NCBI RefSeq assembly: GCF_000299365.1
Contig: NC_018655.1
Location: 210,001-242,000, forward strand
Direction of reading: 5' to 3'
From: Candidatus Nitrosopumilus koreensis AR1
Lineage (GTDB): Archaea; Thermoproteota; Nitrososphaeria; Nitrososphaerales; Nitrosopumilaceae
DNA: 32,000 nt
Part shown: positions 9,736 to 16,151 of the stretch, piece by piece
Position numbering within the stretch: the first letter of the stretch is position 1
Layout: every line of letters begins with the position of its first letter
The notes under the pieces: model-generated
What the model was told of the DNA's origin: nothing
Database searches by the model: none
What the model saw: the letters and a program-made list of their open reading frames with translations, nothing else
Translations under genes and position numbers: made by a program

Positions 9736-10576
9736 ACGAAGTAAATTTAATTAAATTATCTAAATTTATTTTTGCGTCATTATCTGGGATTTTTCTTAAA
9801 CTAGTTCTTGCTTTTTCAGAATATTCCTTTAACAACTCTTCCATTTTATTGAAAACATCCCTTGGGTCAGAACTTTTCTTAATTAACATATTAAACAATT
9901 TATCCTCATTTTTCCAATCTAACAGATCATCTCTTATTTGATAGGCAATTCCAATATTCTTTCCATATTCGGTTAACCCCTCGATTTGCTCTTCTGTTCC
10001 GTTTGCAATTATTGCACCTGTTCTAGCTGCCACTTCAAATGCTGTTGCAGTTTTGTATTCTATTACTTTGAGATAGTCATCAAATGTAACATCTTCACTT
10101 GACTCTAGTCTGCTTTCAATCATTTCTCCTTCACTCATCAGCATTGCTGTAGTTGCCAAATCTTTTGTTATGCGTGGGTTATCCAATCTAGAACATATTG
10201 CTAAAATTAACCCTAAAACAAAATCTCCTGTAAGTACACTGGTATTGTATCCGTATTTGATGTGGAATGGATCTTTTTGTCTTCTCATTGTTTCGTTATC
10301 AATAATGTCGTCATGAATTATAGATTCCATATGCAAAAATTCAACTGCACATGATGCTGCAAACGTGTTTTCATCGGTTTTACCAATACTTTCAGCCGAC
10401 AAAGTAAGAATAATTGGTCTGATTCGTTTTCCACCCTCTAAAGAATATTTCAACGGCTCTATGAATTCTGATTCTGAATACAGATCCAGCTCTTTGTCTA
10501 GTGCTTGATCAATTTTTTTGATATATTCACCATATGTTTCAAGTAAAGGATTAATCTCGATATTCTTTCTGTCCAA
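9725..10576 (-). CDS. trans-polyprenyl diphosphate synthase, probably geranylgeranyl diphosphate synthase
   Basis: The first Asp-rich motif is HDDIIDNETMRR and the second is IRDDLLD, with GGKRIRP upstream. The only available start after the upstream in-frame TAG is TTG at 10576. Confidence 0.85.
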   Translation of the reverse strand: MDRKNIEINPLLETYGEYIKKIDQALDKELDLYSESEFIEPLKYSLEGGKRIRPIILTLSAESIGKTDENTFAASCAVEFLHMESIIHDDIIDNETMRRQKDPFHIKYGYNTSVLTGDFVLGLILAICSRLDNPRITKDLATTAMLMSEGEMIESRLESSEDVTFDDYLKVIEYKTATAFEVAARTGAIIANGTEEQIEGLTEYGKNIGIAYQIRDDLLDWKNEDKLFNMLIKKSSDPRDVFNKMEELLKEYSEKARTSLRKIPDNDAKINLDNLIKFTSFKA

Positions 10577-10619
10577 GATGAGCCTCTATTGAAAAAATTT
10601 CCCATTGTTAATTAAATCT

Positions 10620-10713
10620 TGGTGCTCCAGCCGGGACTTTCATCGATTGATTTTGAACCCGGGATCACTGCCTTGAAAGGGCAGTATGCTTGACCGGTCT
10701 ACACCACTGGAAC
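10620..10713 (-). tRNA. tRNA-Glu(UUC) with a 15-nt non-canonical intron in the T-loop (plus-strand 10637..10651) and a genome-encoded CCA
   Basis: Manual cloverleaf: acceptor GTTCCAG/CTGGAGC, D arm GTGT/GCAT, anticodon arm CTGCC-CTTTCAA-GGCAG, T stem CCGGG/CCCGG. The T-loop region is 22 nt instead of 7 nt and folds as a bulge-helix-bulge. The 3' end reads ACCA. Confidence 0.85.
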
Positions 10714-10735
10714 CCAAAAAAATTCCGTATTTTGT

Positions 10736-10743
10736 CCATAAAA
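10736..10743 (-). promoter_or_regulatory. TATA-like box (TTTTATGG on the minus strand) about 22 nt upstream of the tRNA-Glu 5' end
   Basis: An AT-rich TTTTAT element lies at -30..-23 relative to G1 of the tRNA. The same spacing recurs upstream of other genes in the window. Confidence 0.3.
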
Positions 10744-10793
10744 TCTTTTGTAAACCACAAAGATTTTTTTATTGGCAGATTTGGAGTCAATTC

Positions 10794-11426
10794 ATGAACA
10801 TAATTGAAAAAATTGATGAAATGATTGAGGAAAGAAGTTTACTAAAACATCCATTCTACCAAGCATGGTCTGATGGAAAATTAACAAAAGAATCACTAGC
10901 AGGATATTCAAAGGAATATTTCCAATTGGTCAAAGAGGTTCCATCCTTTATGGCTCCTATAATTGAAAAAGCTCCAGAATCCGTTGTAAAAGAATTAGTT
11001 GAAAATCAACAAGAAGAATCTGATCACATTAAACCATGGATTGCTTTTGCAAGTGAACTTGGAATTTCTGAAGATGAATTATTATCATATTCAGGTTTGC
11101 CAAAAACCAGAAAAGCTGTATCTGATTTGAATGAATTAATGGATACTTTTGAAAGTGGTGCATGTGCAATGTATGCATTTGAAAAAGAAATTCCAAAAAT
11201 CAGTCAAACAAAACTTGATGGATTAGCGGAATTCTATGGCATGACTAGTAACGAAGCTACAGAATACTTCAAACTACATACTGAAGCTGATGTTAGACAT
11301 GCAGCGTCATGGAGAAATATTCTTGAAAAGTCATCAACTGATTATGACAAATTAATTAAGGTTGCAGAAAAATCAATTTCTGCACAGAATTTGTTATTGG
11401 ACAGTTGTTTTGAAGAATACTGTTAA
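10794..11426 (+). CDS. PqqC/CADD-like heme-oxygenase-like diiron protein (TenA/THI-4/PqqC superfamily)
   Basis: The N-terminal LLKHPFYQAWSDGKLTKESLAGYSKEYFQLV is typical of the family, and HTEADVRH gives an HxxxDxxH metal-ligand motif. I chose the start at ATG 10794 because the track start at 10686 runs through tRNA-Glu. Confidence 0.75.
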   Translation: MNIIEKIDEMIEERSLLKHPFYQAWSDGKLTKESLAGYSKEYFQLVKEVPSFMAPIIEKAPESVVKELVENQQEESDHIKPWIAFASELGISEDELLSYSGLPKTRKAVSDLNELMDTFESGACAMYAFEKEIPKISQTKLDGLAEFYGMTSNEATEYFKLHTEADVRHAASWRNILEKSSTDYDKLIKVAEKSISAQNLLLDSCFEEYC

Positions 11427-11467
11427 TCTCATAACATTTTATACCTAAGAAAAAATTCATCTGCTTA

Positions 11468-11541
11468 GGGCCCGTAACTCAGCTTGGTAGAGTAACCGGC
11501 TCATAACCGGTGAGCCAAGGGATCGAAGCCCTTCGGGCCCA
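11468..11541 (+). tRNA. tRNA with CAU anticodon (elongator Met, or Ile2 if C34 is agmatidinylated); no encoded CCA
   Basis: Cloverleaf: GGGCCCG/CGGGCCC acceptor, ACTC/GAGT D stem, ACCGG-CTCATAA-CCGGT anticodon arm, AAGGG-ATCGAAG-CCCTT T arm, discriminator A. It is not initiator-like (G1-C72, no GGG/CCC in the anticodon stem). Confidence 0.9.
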
Positions 11542-11585
11542 TATATTTTCAATTAGTTTTAAAACAAGCAAATTCAAATTTTACT

Positions 11586-11648
11586 GGCTGCAATGAAGAA
11601 TCAGAGTTATATCTGAATGATGATTGGAAGGCATTTGTCTGAGCTGCC
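11586..11648 (+). ncRNA. candidate C/D-box sRNA (2'-O-methylation guide)
   Basis: Terminal stem GGCTGC/GCTGCC (one U.U mismatch). C box ATGAAGA is at 11593-99, D' CTGA at 11613-16, C' ATGATGA at 11617-23 and D CTGA at 11639-42. The spacers are 13 and 15 nt. It lies in an intergenic region between the CAU tRNA and the pyrE 3' end. Confidence 0.45.
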
Positions 11649-11653
11649 AAAAC

Positions 11654-12259
11654 TCATTTGCCAATTTGTTTTTTTACTTTGTCTAAAACATCATTGTCCA
11701 CTAGATTTTGTTCATGCAAAGATTCTGTAATCTGCAAAATATTTAGAATTGAATGCATTTTGACTCCAAGCTCCTCCATGGCTTTATCAGCTCCTTCCAT
11801 TCTATTGACAATAACATATGCATCCTTTATGGAAATGTTGACTTCTTTTAACGACTTTATTGCATTTACAACTGAACCGCCAGTTGTTGCTACGTCATCT
11901 ATCATTACTACTTTCATTCCATCGTGAATTTTGCCTTCAACTGATTTTGATGTTCCATAATCTTTTGGTTTACTTCTAACATAGATGAGTGGTTTAACAG
12001 TCTCAATTGCTAATGCAGATGCAATAACTAGACCTCCTGTGGGTACTGAAACTATTGAATCAAACTTGTCTAGTCCTATATTTTGAACAATTTCGTTTTC
12101 AAGATATTTTACCATCTTTCTGAATTCATGAGGATAGCTTGGGACTAATCTCAAATCCACATAGTATGAACTCTTTTTTCCACTGGCTAGTGTAAATTCT
12201 CCAAACTTTATGATGCCTTTTTGATGCAAAAAGGTTGCAAACTCTTTTACAAATTCCAT
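11654..12259 (-). CDS. pyrE: orotate phosphoribosyltransferase
   Basis: 201-aa ORF. FGEFTLASGKKSSYYVDLR is followed by the PRPP-binding motif VVMIDDVATTGGS. Confidence 0.9.
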   Translation of the reverse strand: MEFVKEFATFLHQKGIIKFGEFTLASGKKSSYYVDLRLVPSYPHEFRKMVKYLENEIVQNIGLDKFDSIVSVPTGGLVIASALAIETVKPLIYVRSKPKDYGTSKSVEGKIHDGMKVVMIDDVATTGGSVVNAIKSLKEVNISIKDAYVIVNRMEGADKAMEELGVKMHSILNILQITESLHEQNLVDNDVLDKVKKQIGK

Positions 12260-12309
12260 ACCAAAATTAACTACACTGGATTTATTTTGGTTTGTATTAT
12301 GAATGAATT

Positions 12310-13392
12310 ATGCCTGAAATCTGGTTAAATTATGGTATTACAGACGTTGTTTTGGATATAAGGGCTGAGAATCTGGAGCAAAAAATTGATTCTGATGGTA
12401 AAATTCTAGATGATTCTTCGATTAATGAAAAACTGAGTACGATTGATTTTTCTAAATCTATAGATCTTGTAGTCTTGCATAATTCAAAATCTGTTCAGAA
12501 AATTATCTCATCTATGTTTACACTATGTGAACAAAAATCAAAACCTTTTCCAAGAATTCTTACTGATAAAAAAATTCTAAACCAAGTCAAAGCAGGATTG
12601 CCAGAAGGCAGCTCAATCAATGAATTTGACAACATGGAAAACCCAAACTCCAATCTTATGTTTGTGGGTGAAATGGAATTTGACGGCCTTTTTGGTTATG
12701 AAACAATCTCTACACGACTTATCAAAAAATTTGGTTTAGAGTCTATGCTCTCAGCATATGCAAAAAGACAAGGAAATCTTCCTGTTCCAGGACAATATCC
12801 TGAAAGTCTTCAAGAAGCAAAAAAATTCTCTGACAACTTTGAAATTCAAGGAATTGAAATTATTGCAAATTCTCAAGGAATAATAGATTTTTCAATTGAC
12901 CATCCTTCAGAAACTATGTCTAACACCAAAACTCTAGAATCCAACTCGATTAAAGATGTAGGCCAACATAAAACAATGATAATCAGCACTGGTAAAGATG
13001 CTAGCAATGATAATCTTGGAAAATCTTTTTCGTCTCTCTGGAATTGTTCTAATGCAATCAAAAAAGATGGCCTTGCTATTTTAGTTGCTGAATGTAAAGG
13101 AGGGCTGGGATCTGATGCAATTCAACAATATATTGAAGACCGATTGAGTTTAGAGCAATTACGAAACCCTACAAAATACATTAGTGGGATGGAAGACCTT
13201 TTGTTTCTTTCAGAAATCCAAAAGAATTTTCAGATTGGACTGGTTTCAATTTTGCCTGAATTCTATGCAAAGAAACTAAACATGATTTCATTACCTGGAA
13301 TTAAATATTCTATGGATTATATTTTGAAAACACAAGGTGCAAGACAAAAAGTTGTAGTGGTGTCTGATGGTGCACGACTTTTACTAAGGTAA
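12310..13392 (+). CDS. conserved hypothetical protein; possibly a LarA/DUF2088-like fold (weak, from memory)
   Basis: 360-aa ORF with an ATG start and coding-like composition. LAILVAECKGGLGSD and the C-terminal KVVVVSDGARLLL resemble segments of lactate-racemase-like proteins. I cannot place the catalytic His/Lys residues. Confidence 0.45.
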   Translation: MPEIWLNYGITDVVLDIRAENLEQKIDSDGKILDDSSINEKLSTIDFSKSIDLVVLHNSKSVQKIISSMFTLCEQKSKPFPRILTDKKILNQVKAGLPEGSSINEFDNMENPNSNLMFVGEMEFDGLFGYETISTRLIKKFGLESMLSAYAKRQGNLPVPGQYPESLQEAKKFSDNFEIQGIEIIANSQGIIDFSIDHPSETMSNTKTLESNSIKDVGQHKTMIISTGKDASNDNLGKSFSSLWNCSNAIKKDGLAILVAECKGGLGSDAIQQYIEDRLSLEQLRNPTKYISGMEDLLFLSEIQKNFQIGLVSILPEFYAKKLNMISLPGIKYSMDYILKTQGARQKVVVVSDGARLLLR

Positions 13393-14490
13393 TAAACTAG
13401 GCAAAAAATCTGATGGCAATGGTGCACATAAAATTGCTAATCCAATGATTCCAATGTATGCAAGTTTTCTCTTTTTTGAAAGTGGCGAAATATCATCTAA
13501 TGGCATCGCACTAGGATTTCTTGTGCTCATTACCAAAATCAAAATTGCCATTAACCAATAATTTAACAAAACTAGAATTGCCATACTTCCATAAGTTGCA
13601 TATCTGTGCAATTTTGGACCAAGTAGTGTTCTGGCCATATGGCCTCCATCTAATTGCCATGCGGGAAGTAAATTCAAAAATGTGATTAAAAATCCAATCC
13701 AAGCTGCAAACATTATGGGCGTCATAATAACTTCTTGACCTGAACCTCCTTTTCCAAACATTGCTAGACTTGCAGTCATTAACAATGGTTCACCTTGTTC
13801 CCATTCCATCAATCTAGATTCTTCGAAGAGCCCTGCTGCAATATCTGGATCTAAAATTGGTGCTGTATATGCTCCATAAATTGAAACAATTATTGCAATA
13901 ACTAATCCTGCAATTGGACCTGCAATGGCAACATCAAATAAAATTTCTCTATTGATAGTTAACCCTCTTGATTGAATGAATGCTCCAAACGTTGGTATTC
14001 CTATTACCGGTAAACCTGGAATAAAATATGGCCAAGTTGTTTTTAGTTTGTGTGCTTTGGCTGCAATAATATGTCCTAATTCATGAATTCCTAAAATCCC
14101 TAATAGTGATAATGTGTAAACTCCTGCCATTTCCAAGGGTTCACCAATCTCTACAATTGAGTTTGTTCCAGATGTCCTATAATACCCATCAATCATAACA
14201 AATGTTACTACAATTGCAAACAAAATTCTAGGTGTCCATGCGGTTTTCATCCATCTTCTTTGCTGCTTTGGAGCAAATTTCTGAATAATAACAAATTTCT
14301 TCCCTTCTTTCTGTTCTAATCTACATGCAAAACTCATGCCTTCTAACTTTCTAGCTAAGTTCTCAAATTTTGACTTGAACTCTCCATCCTCTATTTGAAA
14401 TTCTAAGGAAAACTCTGTTTTTATAAAATCACTTACACTAAATATTGAATTGACCAGAGAAATTATATCCTCTTGGGAATGCTCTTCCAT
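13384..14490 (-). CDS. site-2 protease family (M50) membrane metalloprotease
   Basis: HELGHIIAAKAH (HExxH) lies in a TM segment, and NLLPAWQLDGGH is the M50 NxxPxxxxDG motif. There are multiple TM helices. Confidence 0.85.
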   Translation of the reverse strand: MEEHSQEDIISLVNSIFSVSDFIKTEFSLEFQIEDGEFKSKFENLARKLEGMSFACRLEQKEGKKFVIIQKFAPKQQRRWMKTAWTPRILFAIVVTFVMIDGYYRTSGTNSIVEIGEPLEMAGVYTLSLLGILGIHELGHIIAAKAHKLKTTWPYFIPGLPVIGIPTFGAFIQSRGLTINREILFDVAIAGPIAGLVIAIIVSIYGAYTAPILDPDIAAGLFEESRLMEWEQGEPLLMTASLAMFGKGGSGQEVIMTPIMFAAWIGFLITFLNLLPAWQLDGGHMARTLLGPKLHRYATYGSMAILVLLNYWLMAILILVMSTRNPSAMPLDDISPLSKKRKLAYIGIIGLAILCAPLPSDFLPSLLP

Positions 14491-14563
14491 TCTTTATGAC
14501 TAATTCTTTCCATTAAATGGTCTTTTGGTTTAAAATTAAATATTGATGGTCTTAATCCATAGT

Positions 14564-15061
14564 ATGCAAGTAATTCTCAGACAACTAGGTGATTGTAATA
14601 TTAGACGTGCTGAACCAAGTGATCTTATTCCTGTTATGGAAATTAATTTGAAAACACTCCCTGAGCACTATTCTGATTATTTCTATGAAAGCTTACTTGC
14701 AGAACTCCCTGAGGCATTCATTGTAGCTGAGATTGGGGGAAAGCATGTTGGATATATTATGTGTAAAACTGAATATGGTTTTTCAAATTTTAAGAAATTG
14801 GGTTTTGTCAAGAAAGGTCATGTTGTATCAATTGCTGTTCTTGATGAATATAGAAAGAGAGGAATTGGAAATGCTCTTGTTGAAGAATCTGTAAAAGGTG
14901 TAAAGGCTAGAAAATGTGATGAATTCTATCTAGAAGTAAGATGTAGTAATAATGAAGCTGTAAGATTGTATGAAAAACTTGGATTTGTAATTAGACAACA
15001 GCTCAATGCCTACTATCGTGATGGTGAAGATGCTTATCTTATGGCAATTGAACTAGATTAG
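14564..15061 (+). CDS. N-alpha-acetyltransferase, archaeal Ard1/RimI type (GNAT)
   Basis: LPEHYSDYF...KGHVVSIAVLDEYRKRGIGNALVEES...YLEVRCSNNEAVRLYEKLGF...YYRDGEDAYLMA closely parallels archaeal Ard1. Alternative starts are at 14546 (ATG) and 14543 (TTG). An AT-rich TATA-like run at 14529-14543 favours 14564. Confidence 0.85.
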   Translation: MQVILRQLGDCNIRRAEPSDLIPVMEINLKTLPEHYSDYFYESLLAELPEAFIVAEIGGKHVGYIMCKTEYGFSNFKKLGFVKKGHVVSIAVLDEYRKRGIGNALVEESVKGVKARKCDEFYLEVRCSNNEAVRLYEKLGFVIRQQLNAYYRDGEDAYLMAIELD

Positions 15062-15098
15062 TTAAAACCAATAAATAACTCTCGAAAAATTCTCCGCC

Positions 15099-15317
15099 AT
15101 GGACAAACGCAAAGGGATGGGCATTACCATCTTTCTTCTTTGCATTGGTGGATTCTTTCTTTATGCTTATTTGTTAATGCTTTCTGAATGGAGTCCTATT
15201 GTATTGCAATTATCTGTATTAATGATTGCAGGAGGAATTCTTGGAGTTGTTGCATGGATTGGATATGTTATGGCAACAACAAAACCTTCATCTGCATCAG
15301 TTACTTCAGACGATTAA
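15099..15317 (+). CDS. small membrane protein (two predicted TM helices), function unknown
   Basis: 72-aa ORF with an ATG start and two long hydrophobic stretches. It fills the gap between flanking genes. Confidence 0.5.
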   Translation: MDKRKGMGITIFLLCIGGFFLYAYLLMLSEWSPIVLQLSVLMIAGGILGVVAWIGYVMATTKPSSASVTSDD

Positions 15318-15318
15318 T

Positions 15319-16146
15319 CTACTTGAAAATTTTTACATCTACAACGGTTTGATAATATCTAGGACCCACTGGTCTAACAATTTTTGATCCTAGTATTTCT
15401 GATTTTACTGGTGTTACTTGAAGATAATGTTCTTCTGAAAGTTTTCCTGCATCTGATTTTTTATCTGCATGTATGTGAGAATAATAATGAATAACCCCTC
15501 CATTTTTAGTAGTCTTTATTGCAGATTCTAAAAATTCATCTGACCTTTCTGGTAATAACATTAAGGTTCTATCTGATTTGTCTACAAGCTGTTCATTAAT
15601 AATTTGAGTTGCATCCCCATTAATTGAAATGACTTGTCCTGCAAGTTTGTTTAATCTGATATTTCTTTCACACAACTTTGATGCAATTGGATTGATGTCT
15701 ATACTATACACAGTGCATTTTTTCTTTTTTGCAGCAATAACTGAAAACATTCCTACCCCTGCAAACATGTTTGTCACCACTTCATCTTTTTGAATTAGGC
15801 TTGCTATTCTGTCTCTTTCAGTAGATAGTCTGGGCGAAAAAAATGCATTTTCAACATCCACTACAAATTTACAGCCAAATTCCTTGTATTCTGTTTTTGT
15901 GTTATCTTCTCCTGCTATGATCTCAAGATTACGTGTACGAAAATCTCCTTCCACTGCAGATGCTTGGTAAAATACACTTCTTGCAATTTTTACATCATTC
16001 AATAATGTCTCACCAATAATTTTCTTTTTAGGTAAAAGCGATTCTGGTATTCGTACAATAATAATGTCGCCAATTTGATCAAATGCTGAGATTAACTCTT
16101 CGCTTTCTTTTGGTGAAAGTATGTTTTCAAGTGATTTTTTTAGCAT
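15319..16146 (-). CDS. Trm5/Taw2-family (Met-10+ like) SAM-dependent tRNA methyltransferase
   Basis: NMFAGVGMFSVIAA (SAM-binding loop) and VYSIDINP are present, and the C-terminal end is similar to archaeal Trm5. The ATG at 16146 is preferred; the track start at 16155 is TTG and overlaps the ABCE1 stop. Confidence 0.7.
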   Translation of the reverse strand: MLKKSLENILSPKESEELISAFDQIGDIIIVRIPESLLPKKKIIGETLLNDVKIARSVFYQASAVEGDFRTRNLEIIAGEDNTKTEYKEFGCKFVVDVENAFFSPRLSTERDRIASLIQKDEVVTNMFAGVGMFSVIAAKKKKCTVYSIDINPIASKLCERNIRLNKLAGQVISINGDATQIINEQLVDKSDRTLMLLPERSDEFLESAIKTTKNGGVIHYYSHIHADKKSDAGKLSEEHYLQVTPVKSEILGSKIVRPVGPRYYQTVVDVKIFK

Positions 16147-16151
16147 TCGGG

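Noticed and set aside
10686-10793. Track start of the 246-aa ORF at 10686
   Set aside because: The first 28 nt overlap tRNA-Glu and the N-terminal 36 aa have no family similarity. The conserved protein begins at ATG 10794, which also has a TATA-like box about 20 nt upstream.
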